NCBI GenBank assembly: GCA_965231095.1
Contig: OZ246416.1
Location: 805,595 to 869,594, forward strand
Direction: 5' to 3'
Length of the DNA: 64,000 nt
Source of the DNA: an uncultured Gammaproteobacteria bacterium
GTDB lineage: Bacteria > Patescibacteriota > Patescibacteriia > XYB2-FULL-38-15
Positions 1-9,169 of this stretch are shown here, piece by piece (positions within the stretch are counted from its first letter, which is position 1; each line of letters begins with the position of its first letter). Below the pieces are notes generated by a model. It made no database searches and was not told the origin of the DNA. It saw only the letters and a program-made list of their open reading frames with translations. The position numbers and the translations under genes were made by a program.

Positions 1-1
1 T

Positions 2-817
2 TGGCAAGCAAGAAACGCGGACGTCAATTTTTCCATCTTTAACAAAAATCGTGAAACGTCCGTCTTGGGGAATATTTGTGACGTTGATTTTTAAACCGGA
101 AAGGAGTTTTATTCTGGAAATTACTTTTGACCATTGTTCTTTTGGGAGAGTAGCGGCGTCAACCAAAACGCCGTCAACGCGGAAACGAATTTTTATGTCT
201 TTTTCTTCGGCTTCAATATGGATATCGGAGGAGCGCGCCGAAATTGAAGCGGCAATAACCATGGTGACGACGTCGGTGATATTGGCTTTTTGAATTTTAT
301 CGTTTAAATCTTTGAAATTTTTTAATTCCTCGGAAAATTTCTCCAAATCCGCTTCGGAAATTTCCACGCCGCTCACGATTTTTTTAATGGTGGGCAACGA
401 GGCGTAGAGTTTGAAAGCTAAATCAAAGCTGTGCCCTGAAATCAGATAAACTTCTCCGTGGCCGTGGAATTTGTCTTCAAGAGAAAGTAAAATTTCTTTG
501 ATTTGTTCGTCGGATGGATTTACCGCGCCGATTCTGAGTTCCGTTCCGGTATTTAGAAAACAAATAATTTTTAGTTTTTCCGCGATTTCTTTGGGAAGGG
601 AAGTCAGGGTTTCCGGGCTAATGGGAAAACCCTTTAAATTAATATAGGGAAAATTTAACTCCGCCGCCCGTGATTGGGCGATTTTTTCTTTTTCTTTAAG
701 GGCGATCTCCGTCATCTTTTCTTCAAACTTTTCTTCTGCTCCATTCGCGGCAGGACTTGGCGCGCCAGAATGGTCGCCGTATTGTTTTAGGAGGTCGTCA
801 ATTGAGGGATTGGACAT
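2..817 (-). CDS. pilB: Type IV pilus/T2SS ATPase PilB/GspE family, N-terminal part (runs off window start)
   Basis: Hand translation from ATG 817: MSNPSIDDLL...SSDIHIEAEE...IRFRVDGVL...RIKLLSGL...PQDGRF, typical PilB/GspE motifs; not in the ORF track because it is open-ended. Confidence 0.85.
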   Translation of the reverse strand, partial: MSNPSIDDLLKQYGDHSGAPSPAANGAEEKFEEKMTEIALKEKEKIAQSRAAELNFPYINLKGFPISPETLTSLPKEIAEKLKIICFLNTGTELRIGAVNPSDEQIKEILLSLEDKFHGHGEVYLISGHSFDLAFKLYASLPTIKKIVSGVEISEADLEKFSEELKNFKDLNDKIQKANITDVVTMVIAASISARSSDIHIEAEEKDIKIRFRVDGVLVDAATLPKEQWSKVISRIKLLSGLKINVTNIPQDGRFTIFVKDGKIDVRVSCLP

Positions 818-833
818 GGTGAAGTTATATTTT

Positions 834-1838
834 TTATTTTCCGATGCCGACAAATCTTAATAATTTGCTCCAGATTTTTTTCTTGTTTATTTCTATGAAG
901 AGAAGCGACCAGGAAGAAAATTGGAAGGTGGAGAGAATGGCGCCGGCAAAGAAGATGGCAAGGAACCAGCCGAGGGTGGCGAGAAAAGCGATGAGCCAGA
1001 AACCAATCGTGAGTTCCAAATAAGAAAAAGCGAAAAGGAGCAGGGCGACGGGGATCATGTAGAGAAGGGTGAATAAAGTTATGCCGATGCCCGCGCCGAT
1101 GGTAATCGCAAAAAGCAGAAGCGCCATTTCAATTGAAATCAGCCAGTTTTTAATAAACATTTTCCAGCTTAGCCGGATTGACTCAATAAATGATTTCCCT
1201 TCCATCACCACAAAACATGTCGCGTAAACAGCCATGAAAGAAACGAAAAGGGCGAGAGAAGTGAAAACAACAAAAGCCAAAATATAAAGGAATAAATTTA
1301 AGCCGACATTTACGTTCCCGCCGGTTAAAAAGATCATAGCGGGTACGGTGATTAAAACCAGAAGTCCAAAAGTCAAAGCTTTAGCAAGAAGATTCAGGCT
1401 AAGCACTGGCCAAAAATATTTTTTCCCGTCAGTCCAACCGTCGCGAAGGCCGGTTTTCTTTTTACTCGCGATTTTTTTTACGGAAGAAATAAGGGCGCCG
1501 CGAGAACTGACAATAACCCAAATTAAAAATGCCAGAGCGGCCAAGATTACAAAAAATAGAACCCAGAGCAAACTGACAAAAAGCGGGGAGCGGACATAAA
1601 TGTCTTCAAGTCGGGGAAAAGATAAAAATTCCGTAAACCACGCCCATTTTGAAACGAGGAGAGTCGCTTCGCCTTCGGAGACGATGCGGCCAAATCCTTT
1701 GACTAAAATTTCATAGATTCCGCCGTTTCCCGCCAAGGCCGCGAAAAGTCCGAAAACCCAAAGGAAGCGGTTTTGTTTTGTAATTTCCCAGGCCTTTTTA
1801 AAGATAGGCCGATAAACTTGACTTGGTTTTTTAAACAT
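834..1838 (-). CDS. Polytopic membrane protein of unknown function
   Basis: ~334 aa with many hydrophobic segments; ATG at 1838 follows AGGGGG. Confidence 0.75.
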   Translation of the reverse strand: MFKKPSQVYRPIFKKAWEITKQNRFLWVFGLFAALAGNGGIYEILVKGFGRIVSEGEATLLVSKWAWFTEFLSFPRLEDIYVRSPLFVSLLWVLFFVILAALAFLIWVIVSSRGALISSVKKIASKKKTGLRDGWTDGKKYFWPVLSLNLLAKALTFGLLVLITVPAMIFLTGGNVNVGLNLFLYILAFVVFTSLALFVSFMAVYATCFVVMEGKSFIESIRLSWKMFIKNWLISIEMALLLFAITIGAGIGITLFTLLYMIPVALLLFAFSYLELTIGFWLIAFLATLGWFLAIFFAGAILSTFQFSSWSLLFIEINKKKIWSKLLRFVGIGK

Positions 1839-1871
1839 ATTTCCCCCTGTGAACACTTTTAAAGGTGTTCG

Positions 1872-3683
1872 TTATTTAAATATTGCCTCAAATGCTTCTT
1901 TTTCAATGGTTTCTTTTTCCAGCAAAATTTTCACAATTTCTTCAAGTTTGTCTTTTTTCTTTCTGATAATTTCCAGAGCTGTTTTTGCGGCGTCGGATAA
2001 AAGATGGCCGATTTCTTGATCAATGGTTTCCGCCACTTTTTCGCTGTAGTCGCGTTGTTCGTGAATTTCCCGGCCGAGGAAAATCATTTCTTCTTTTTCG
2101 CCAAAAGTTCTGGCACCCAATTTTTCACTCATGCCAAATTCAGTAATAAGCCGGCGGGCAAGCCGTGTGGCCACTCGCAGATCGTTTGAGGCTCCGGTTG
2201 TCACTTCGCCAAAAATTTCTTTTTCCACGGTATGGCCGGCGAGCATTACGGCCAGGTCGTCAATAAATTCCGAGCGGCTGTGCAAATGCTTGTCTTCAAT
2301 CGGAAGTTTTAAGGTATAGCCGGCGGCGCGACCGCGGGAAATAATGGAAACTTTATGAACCGGATCGGCATGCGGCAGTTCGTGGGCGGTGAGGGCGTGG
2401 GCCGCTTCGTGGTAAGCAGTGATATTTCTTTCTTTGTCGGAAAGAATATGGCTTTTGCGCTCGGGCCCAAGCAAAACTTTTTCCACGCTTTCCCGAAGTT
2501 CGTCCATCCCGATTTGAGTTTTGTTTCTTCTGGCTGTTAAGATGGCCGCTTCGTTTAAGAGGTTTGCAAGATCAGCGCCGGAAAATCCCGGAGTTCGTTC
2601 AGCGATTTTTCTAAGGTCAACGTCTGTGGTGATTGGTTTTCCCTTGGCGTGAATTTTTAAAATTGCTTCGCGGTCGTTCATGTCCGGTTCATCCAAAATT
2701 ACTCGCCGGTCAAATCTTCCGGGACGCAAAAGCGCCGGGTCCAAGACGTCTGGTCGGTTTGTGGCCGCTAAAATTATCACGCCGGAGTTGGCTTCAAAGC
2801 CATCCATCTCCACTAAAATTTGATTTAAAGTTTGTTCGCGTTCGTCGTGGCTACCGCCCAACCCCGTGCCGCGCTGGCGGCCGACAGCGTCGAGTTCATC
2901 AATAAAAATAATGCAGGGCGCGCTTTTTTTTGCTTTTTGGAAAAGATCACGAACGCGGGCGGCGCCGACTCCGACAAACATTTCCACAAATTCCGAACCG
3001 GAAATGCTAAAAAACGGAACATTGGCTTCGCCGGCCACGGCTCTGGCAAGTAAAGTTTTTCCCGTGCCCGGAGACCCCATCAATAAAACGCCTTTGGGAA
3101 TTTTCGCTCCGAGTTGGACAAATTTTTTTGAATTTTTTAAAAACTCCACCACTTCCCAAAGTTCTTCTTTGGCTTCCTTGACTCCGGCCACGTCTTTAAA
3201 AGTGACGCGGTTTTTGGAATTTTTTGGAGCTTCTCTCGCGCCCGATTGGCCAAAACTCATGGCCTTGGTGTTCGCGCCTTGGACTTGGCGCATCATATAA
3301 TAAATCAGGGCGATGACAACCACAAGCGGAAGAAGAAAGGGGAGAAGGGCGTTTAGCCAAAAACTCCAGCCGGATTCTTCAGTCACTTCAATTGCGATAT
3401 TTTTAATTTTTTCCGGATCAGCGTGGTAATTTTGAAAAAGTTCGCCCAAGGTTTCATTTGTTTCTTTACGCAGGGTTTCAAGCGTTCCGTCAAATTTCGT
3501 GATGTTTAATTTATCTCCTTCAATCGCGATTTTCTGGATGTCGCCGGCGTTAATTTGGTCCACAAATTTTTGCAGATCAATATTTTCCACTTTTTCCGCC
3601 GAGTAATTCAGAGCGCCAAAAATTCCGCTGATGGCGAGAAAGATAATTAAAAATATAATAAAATTTTTGATGAGGTTTTTCAT
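1872..3683 (-). CDS. ftsH: ATP-dependent zinc metalloprotease FtsH
   Basis: Two N-terminal TM segments, Walker A GSPGTGKT, Walker B IFIDELD, SRH, HEAAH zinc motif. Confidence 0.98.
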   Translation of the reverse strand: MKNLIKNFIIFLIIFLAISGIFGALNYSAEKVENIDLQKFVDQINAGDIQKIAIEGDKLNITKFDGTLETLRKETNETLGELFQNYHADPEKIKNIAIEVTEESGWSFWLNALLPFLLPLVVVIALIYYMMRQVQGANTKAMSFGQSGAREAPKNSKNRVTFKDVAGVKEAKEELWEVVEFLKNSKKFVQLGAKIPKGVLLMGSPGTGKTLLARAVAGEANVPFFSISGSEFVEMFVGVGAARVRDLFQKAKKSAPCIIFIDELDAVGRQRGTGLGGSHDEREQTLNQILVEMDGFEANSGVIILAATNRPDVLDPALLRPGRFDRRVILDEPDMNDREAILKIHAKGKPITTDVDLRKIAERTPGFSGADLANLLNEAAILTARRNKTQIGMDELRESVEKVLLGPERKSHILSDKERNITAYHEAAHALTAHELPHADPVHKVSIISRGRAAGYTLKLPIEDKHLHSRSEFIDDLAVMLAGHTVEKEIFGEVTTGASNDLRVATRLARRLITEFGMSEKLGARTFGEKEEMIFLGREIHEQRDYSEKVAETIDQEIGHLLSDAAKTALEIIRKKKDKLEEIVKILLEKETIEKEAFEAIFK

Positions 3684-3698
3684 AAAGTTGTTTTATAA

Positions 3699-3727
3699 AA
3701 TATAACATAATTTATAATTAATGACAA
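3699..3727 (-). promoter_or_regulatory. Putative sigma70 promoter of ftsH
   Basis: TTGTCA-17 nt-TATATT on the minus strand just upstream of the ATG. Confidence 0.5.
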
Positions 3728-3777
3728 ATTGTTTGTTCTGTTGTCATCCTTAATTTTAAAGCCACGAGTGGTCTTGA

Positions 3778-3826
3778 CCCGGGGATCTAGTAATCTGGAT
3801 TCCCGCTTTCGCGGGAATGACAAGCG
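3778..3826. repeat. REP-like palindromic repeat (GTCATTCCCGCGAAAGCGGGAATCCAG type), copy 1
   Basis: Hairpin ATTCCCGC-TTTC-GCGGGAAT; near-identical flanks recur at 17642-17712. Confidence 0.8.
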
Positions 3827-3851
3827 TTGAGGGGGGGGGGTGATTGCGGGG

Positions 3852-3880
3852 TTGACGAGAAAATAAATATCTTGTAAATT
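3852..3880 (+). promoter_or_regulatory. Putative sigma70 promoter of the GC-rich structured transcript
   Basis: TTGACG-17 nt-TAAATT at the AT-to-GC composition switch. Confidence 0.6.
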
Positions 3881-3886
3881 GTAAAC

Positions 3887-4287
3887 GTTGGGTCCAACGC
3901 GGCCCACGTTCCGAGGACGGGGCATCGGCCCCAAGCACAGGCGGAGGCTTGCGCTTGCCGCCGCGCCGAGAAGGAGGTCCACGATGAGAAGGAACTACCA
4001 GACCGGTCCGCCGTCGTTCGCCAAGGCGTTCGTGTTCGGCTGCGAGCTGCGGGATCGGTGCTTCCAGACCTAGCTAGCGCAGGTCGGGAGCGACGTGCGA
4101 GCTAGCCAGTTCGTAGAACTCGCATTCCTTGAAGGTCAGTCTGTCAGGCTAGCAGAATGGCCAACGTTCCTTTCGCCCGAGGATGGGTGTCAGCCAAAAA
4201 CCGCCAGCGACCGGCAGTCGCGAATCAACTCCCAGGATGGGAACGACTGCCGCGGTTTTGACGCTTGTCCTCGGGCTCCTTTTTTTA
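3887..4287 (+). ncRNA. Candidate highly structured RNA (unknown family) carrying a small ORF
   Basis: Four tandem hairpins at the 5' end, 5'-end pairing with 4158-4168, ~100-nt terminal imperfect hairpin with G-U pairs followed by a T run. Confidence 0.5.
3984..4073 (+). CDS. 29-aa small protein MRRNYQTGPPSFAKAFVFGCELRDRCFQT
   Basis: Perfect SD AAGGAGGT 5 nt before the ATG. Confidence 0.45.
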   Translation: MRRNYQTGPPSFAKAFVFGCELRDRCFQT

Positions 4288-4342
4288 ATATTTTCTCAAA
4301 ATCAAAACGGACCTTTCGGCCCGTTTTTTTGTATATATTTTT

Positions 4343-5560
4343 TTATTCTTTTTTCTCTTCGGCTGGCGCTTCAACTTTTTCTGTTTCCGGTTTTGCTTCT
4401 TCCGCCGGCTTTTCTTCGGCAACTTTCTCTTCAACTTTTTCTTCCAATTTTTCCGGAGATTTTTCGCGCGCCGCGCGGAGGCTTAAACCCAGGCGATGGT
4501 CAACCGGTTCAATGGAAATAATTTTAAATTTCAGTGTGTCGCCGATTTTCGCCACTTCGTTTGGGCTCTGAATCGCTTTATTGGAAAGTTCGGAAATATG
4601 CGCCAGGCCATGAATTTCCGGATCAAGTTCCACAAATAAACCAAACGGATTTATTTTTAAAACTTTTCCTTCCACAACGTCGCCAACATTATATTTCTCG
4701 TTGATTTTTTTCCAAGGATCATCAATTAATTTTTTCATTGACAAGAAAATTTTTGATCCTTCCACGCCAATAATTTCCGCTTTTATTTCTTGGCCAGCCT
4801 TGACCACATCATCGGGATGATCAATTCTCTGCCAAGCAAGTTCGGAAATATGGACAAGTCCCTCTAGGTTATCAAATTTTACGAAGACACCGAAATCGGC
4901 TAGGGCAGAAACGGTGCCGGAAATTATATCGCCGACTTTGTAAGCGGAAATAATATTTTTCTGCTTTTCTTCCCAGGCCGCTTTTTCCGAAACAATTAAT
5001 TTTTCCTCTTCTTCGCCGACGTCAATGACTTTAACCTCAAGCGGAATTCCGACAAAAGTTTTTAGTTTTTCCAATATTTTATTTTTCTCGCCGCCCGGCA
5101 CGCGCGGATAATGTTCCGGCGCAAGTTGGGAAACCGGCAAGAAGCCAACAATTTTATTTACATTAATCATCAAGCCGCCTTTGTTCGCGTCCATCACGGT
5201 CGCGATAACAATTTCTCCGGATTTTTGAAGTTCAATAAGTTTGTCCCAGATTTTTTTATGTCCGGCAAAACGGAAAGACAATTCCATTTCCCCGCGTTCA
5301 TTTTCCATTTCCAAAACCGTGGCTTCGGTTTCGTCGCCCGGTTTTAATTCCGAATAATCGGCCGATTCATTACAGAGTTCCTGGCCGCGGACCACGCCGG
5401 TTCTAAACCCCGGAATGTCCAAAGTAACTTCGTTTTTGCTGATTGTCAAAACTGTCGCTTTAACGACATCTCCGACTTTGGGAATGGTAAAATTGCTTTC
5501 AGCCAGCAATTTTTCAAATTCTCCACTCTCGGTCTTTTTTGTTAGATTTGTTAGATCCAT
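4343..5560 (-). CDS. rpsA: 30S ribosomal protein S1 (four S1 domains)
   Basis: Repeated S1 motifs (GFLPVSQL, FGVFV..GLVHISEL, GLAHISEL), acidic tail. Confidence 0.92.
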   Translation of the reverse strand: MDLTNLTKKTESGEFEKLLAESNFTIPKVGDVVKATVLTISKNEVTLDIPGFRTGVVRGQELCNESADYSELKPGDETEATVLEMENERGEMELSFRFAGHKKIWDKLIELQKSGEIVIATVMDANKGGLMINVNKIVGFLPVSQLAPEHYPRVPGGEKNKILEKLKTFVGIPLEVKVIDVGEEEEKLIVSEKAAWEEKQKNIISAYKVGDIISGTVSALADFGVFVKFDNLEGLVHISELAWQRIDHPDDVVKAGQEIKAEIIGVEGSKIFLSMKKLIDDPWKKINEKYNVGDVVEGKVLKINPFGLFVELDPEIHGLAHISELSNKAIQSPNEVAKIGDTLKFKIISIEPVDHRLGLSLRAAREKSPEKLEEKVEEKVAEEKPAEEAKPETEKVEAPAEEKKE

Positions 5561-5632
5561 AGTTAATAATTAGTGAGATCGCCGGATGCTCCGGTGAATC
5601 CCAAAACTCCTTTCTTTAGTTAAGATGAAAGT

Positions 5633-5661
5633 ATTGTACAACATCTTGAAATTTTTGGCAA
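5633..5661 (-). promoter_or_regulatory. Putative sigma70 promoter of rpsA
   Basis: TTGCCA-17 nt-TACAAT on the minus strand, ~65 nt of leader. Confidence 0.55.
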
Positions 5662-5727
5662 GGGGTGATAAAATTGGATAAAGAATAAAGCGCGTGTATG
5701 AATAATTTTTTGATTTTTTTAAAAAAT

Positions 5728-6087
5728 ATGAGTGGAAAAATTTTAGAAATGTTTAGAGGAAAAGATCCGTCCCGGCTCGAGGAGCAAGAAAAGGAAAAGG
5801 GGCCAACGGTGGTGGAAATTGTGCGCTACGTGGCCGGAGAGCCAGAGCCAATAATTTTTGTAAGGTGTGAGTTGGCTGGCGAAGAAGTTAGACTGACTGT
5901 AGTGGAAGACCAAAAGAGCCAAGAAGATCTCGCTGGGGCGCGAAATATTTTTAAGTCACTAGAAGAGATGGGTGTTTTTTCCGCAGTGGAGCAAAGAGAC
6001 ATCTACCCCAAAGACGGCCGGAAATTTTTGGAAGCGCTTTTACAAAATTACGACAATCCTTATTTACTAGCCAGGGTAACAAAATAA
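5728..6087 (+). CDS. Hypothetical protein, upstream partner of the kinase
   Basis: ~119-aa ORF ending PKDGRKFLEALLQNYDNPYLLA, 11 nt before the next gene. Confidence 0.7.
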   Translation: MSGKILEMFRGKDPSRLEEQEKEKGPTVVEIVRYVAGEPEPIIFVRCELAGEEVRLTVVEDQKSQEDLAGARNIFKSLEEMGVFSAVEQRDIYPKDGRKFLEALLQNYDNPYLLARVTK

Positions 6088-6098
6088 AAAATAAATTT

Positions 6099-7394
6099 AT
6101 GAGAGGAGAACGAGCGCCAATTTTACCGCCAGTGCCGGAAGGGGTTGATTTGAGCGAAGAGAAAAAAAGAGAAGAAGAAAAGAAACTGGGGTTTGAGACA
6201 ACCCTTTTACATAACGTGGATAAAATTTTAGACAAAACTGTTTTAGATGTGAAAAGGACGAGTGGGGAAGCTCGGACGGAAAAAGAATCACGCAGGGAAA
6301 TTCCGGAGATTTTGCAGCGAGCCGACACTATAGACGCGGCTATGTTTGAGGTGAGATTGGAGGAGGCGATGAGTTTAGGGGGAGAGGAAGCAACTGATTC
6401 AACTAGGGTGGCGGGGATTCGCGGAGTTTTAAAGGAACTTAATGCTTGCCAGGAGATTAGAGAAGCAAAACCAAAAGATCCCGATCATCCTACAAAGAAT
6501 CTTGGCGACAAACTCGGTTTAACGCCAGAGCAAATAGAAGAAGGGCTAATTACTAATCGTTCGTTTATTTTGGATCTGGCTGAACGAGGGCAATCTTTGG
6601 AGACGGTTTATAAACCAAGCCGCGGCGAACCGGATTTTTTGGTGAGAGGAGGGATTGAGGAGCAGACAGGATATAGGAGAGAGTGGTTAGCTCGTAAAGT
6701 TTCCGAGGCGTTTGAATTGGGTATTGTTCCACCCACAGTTTTGAGAAAAGAAGGGGAAGGGATTGGTTCAGTGCAAAAGTGGGTTGAGGGGGCAAAAACT
6801 CCCGAGGAAGCGCCTGATCGAATAATGATGCAAGATGAATTAGTTAAATTGGCTCTTTTAGATTATTTAATTGGCAATCAGGATAGAGTGCATGGGCGCA
6901 ATCACTTGATTGGCAAAGCGGGAGAGGTTTACGCCATTGATAACAGTTTAAGTTTCAACGCCCCTCTTTATAACGAAGAGGGAGAAGAACGCGTGTCGGC
7001 TCTTCAGGTTGCCTCTCTGCCGTTGGAACAAATAAAAAATGTTGATGAGAATGTTCACACAAAAGTAGTGATGAAACACCTCCAAGTTTTTTGGAATTCG
7101 CCAGCCAGACAGAGAGTATTGAAAGAGGCGTTTAAATTCGCTTTGGGCGAAGACGCGGAAGATGTTTGGCGAGCTTTTTCATTGCGCGTCCAAGAAACTT
7201 TAGAAAAAGAAATGTTGCCGCTTGCTCATGAAGTCTCCCGTACAGAAGTTACCGCCACGCCCGAGGAATTGGCCAGAAATCCAAAAAGGTGGGGAGCTGA
7301 TTTAGTTAAAATGCAGGAAAGTCTAAGAGATGAAGCGACTGGTAAAATTTTTCGAAAAGCCAAGCTGTCCGCTGCGATTGAAGCCGCCGCTTAA
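6099..7394 (+). CDS. PI3/PI4-kinase-like (HipA/CtkA-type fold) kinase
   Basis: VYKP, RE.LA, VPPTVLR, GSVQKWV, DYLIGNQDR, AIDNSLSF motifs. Confidence 0.75.
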   Translation: MRGERAPILPPVPEGVDLSEEKKREEEKKLGFETTLLHNVDKILDKTVLDVKRTSGEARTEKESRREIPEILQRADTIDAAMFEVRLEEAMSLGGEEATDSTRVAGIRGVLKELNACQEIREAKPKDPDHPTKNLGDKLGLTPEQIEEGLITNRSFILDLAERGQSLETVYKPSRGEPDFLVRGGIEEQTGYRREWLARKVSEAFELGIVPPTVLRKEGEGIGSVQKWVEGAKTPEEAPDRIMMQDELVKLALLDYLIGNQDRVHGRNHLIGKAGEVYAIDNSLSFNAPLYNEEGEERVSALQVASLPLEQIKNVDENVHTKVVMKHLQVFWNSPARQRVLKEAFKFALGEDAEDVWRAFSLRVQETLEKEMLPLAHEVSRTEVTATPEELARNPKRWGADLVKMQESLRDEATGKIFRKAKLSAAIEAAA

Positions 7395-7405
7395 CAAAAT
7401 TTTTT

Positions 7406-7942
7406 ATGGCGCAAAAATTATCTGAATTTTTAAAAACTGCGAGCCGGACCTCTTATGTTAAAAGTTCGGTGAAGCAGGCTGTTTCAAAAATGGGGTTGAA
7501 TCCGGCGCGCCAAGTGAGTGAACGGCAGGCCAGAGAAGTTTTGGGTGAATTAAAAAAAGCCGGCGCGATTAAAACTTACCGCTCGTCCGAACAGATTGTC
7601 AGGGAAACGCAAAAATCATTGGCGGAAAGAAATAAACAAGACGACGCGCCAAAATTGACAGTAGAAGCTTTAAGAGAGCAGCGCAAGGCGGAAGAAGAGA
7701 AAAAAGAGAGAATGAGAAAAATGATGTCTAATATTTACGGCCAAGAACGAGCGCGCGAGGAAGAGAAAGAAAAAGGAGACGGGAAAGTAAAAAGAAATGT
7801 GGCGACTTCGGCCCTAAAACCGAAAGCCGCGCCGGGTCGGGCGGAAACAACAACCTCAATTTTGCGAAGTCAAAAAAATGCGGAGAAAAAAACCGCGCCG
7901 GAAGAAAAACCGCCGCAGGCGATTGATTTACAAATCGATTAG
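7406..7942 (+). CDS. Hypothetical Lys/Glu-rich protein
   Basis: 178-aa ORF, charged coiled-coil-like, followed by a terminator. Confidence 0.7.
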   Translation: MAQKLSEFLKTASRTSYVKSSVKQAVSKMGLNPARQVSERQAREVLGELKKAGAIKTYRSSEQIVRETQKSLAERNKQDDAPKLTVEALREQRKAEEEKKERMRKMMSNIYGQERAREEEKEKGDGKVKRNVATSALKPKAAPGRAETTTSILRSQKNAEKKTAPEEKPPQAIDLQID

Positions 7943-7964
7943 TTATAAAATTTTTTAAAATAAA

Positions 7965-8031
7965 AATTCGTCGGAAGGCGGATTTTTTTGTATATAAATA
8001 AAAAAACCGCGGGGTATGTAACCTCGCGGTG
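7965..8031. terminator. Back-to-back intrinsic terminators of convergent genes
   Basis: ATTCGTC..GGCGGAT + T run; AAAAAACCGCGGGG..CCTCGCGGT for the minus gene. Confidence 0.6.
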
Positions 8032-8051
8032 CAAAAACTCTCCTTGCGCGG

Positions 8052-8354
8052 CTAGTATTCCTCGTCGTCTCCCTCTGGGACGTGCCTAGTCACAGCGTCG
8101 TCTGGCGATTGCTCTTCTTCGTCACTTTTGGACGCGGGTTTTCCGTGTCCCGGGCAGCCGCCCTTTTCGCCCGGACCTCGTTCGTCGTAGATGTCGTCTT
8201 CGTCGCCCTCCTCGCTGGCGCTGAAGCCTTCGTGCATGCCACAATAAGGATTAGTGCAGTCGTGGCTCCATGTGTGGCGGTCTTTCCAACGGTAGGTGCA
8301 GACGATTTGGCCCTTTCCACATTTCGGACAAACGGTTTTGTTCCCTTCGCTCAT
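8052..8354 (-). CDS. Small zinc-ribbon protein with acidic tail (GC-rich orphan)
   Basis: CPKC..HDCTNPYC; SD AGGAGG; promoter TTGACA-17-TAAACT at 8434-8406. Confidence 0.65.
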   Translation of the reverse strand: MSEGNKTVCPKCGKGQIVCTYRWKDRHTWSHDCTNPYCGMHEGFSASEEGDEDDIYDERGPGEKGGCPGHGKPASKSDEEEQSPDDAVTRHVPEGDDEEY

Positions 8355-8515
8355 TATACCCTCCTGGCTTTTTCCGTGGTGAGTTGTTAACTGATCGGGT
8401 TTTTAAGTTTAATCAAGGATAGAAAAAATGTCAAAATGGGGTTTGCTTTTTTTATAATTTATGTTATAATCTTAAAAGACTTAAGCGCGAAATTTTTTGT
8501 TTTTAATTTGAAATT

Positions 8516-9166
8516 ATGACAATAACTTGGCTTGGACAATCTTGTTTTAAAATCCAAATTGGCGACGTGACACTCGTTACCGATCCGTATGGCGCAGAGG
8601 TTGGTTTTAAATTGCCGCGCTTGACAGCGGATATCGTAACGGTGAGCCACGACCACTTTGACCATAATAATGTTGAGGGAGTTTCCGGTCCGGAAGGCGC
8701 CGCGCCGTTTGTTATTTCCAGCGCGGGAGAGTTTGAAGTAAAAGGAGTTTTTGTTTATGGAAATTCTTTTTGGCATGATAAAGAAGAGGGAAAAGAGCGC
8801 GGGGGGAATATCGCTTATTGCATTGAGGCCGAAGGAATTTCTTTGGCACACCTCGGGGATTTGGGGCATGAATTAAATGAAGAACAAATAGAAAAACTGG
8901 ATGGGATTGATATTCTTTTTGTTCCGGTTGGAGGGAAATACACGCTCGGTGCCTCCGAGGCGGTTAAAGTTATAAACGAAATAGAGCCGCGAATTGTTAT
9001 TCCTATGCATTATAAAATTCCGGGTTTGAAAGTTGACGTTGAAGCCGTGGACAAATTTTTAAAAGAGATGGGCGCGAGTAAGGCGGAAAAATTGCCCAAA
9101 TTAAAAATTTCCAAAAAAGATTTGCCGCAAGAAGAAACAAAAGTTATTCTTTTGGAAAAAGGATAG
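8516..9166 (+). CDS. MBL-fold metallo-hydrolase
   Basis: ITWLGQSCF, SHDHFDH, HLGD, IPMHY. Confidence 0.9.
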   Translation: MTITWLGQSCFKIQIGDVTLVTDPYGAEVGFKLPRLTADIVTVSHDHFDHNNVEGVSGPEGAAPFVISSAGEFEVKGVFVYGNSFWHDKEEGKERGGNIAYCIEAEGISLAHLGDLGHELNEEQIEKLDGIDILFVPVGGKYTLGASEAVKVINEIEPRIVIPMHYKIPGLKVDVEAVDKFLKEMGASKAEKLPKLKISKKDLPQEETKVILLEKG

Positions 9167-9169
9167 TCT

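Noticed and set aside
4070-4110. SRP RNA helix 8
   Set aside because: CAGG is present but the GNRA loop and AGCA partner are not.
4095-4571. 158-aa and 112-aa plus-strand ORFs
   Set aside because: They run through a terminator and are antisense to rpsA; low-complexity F/S-rich shadow.
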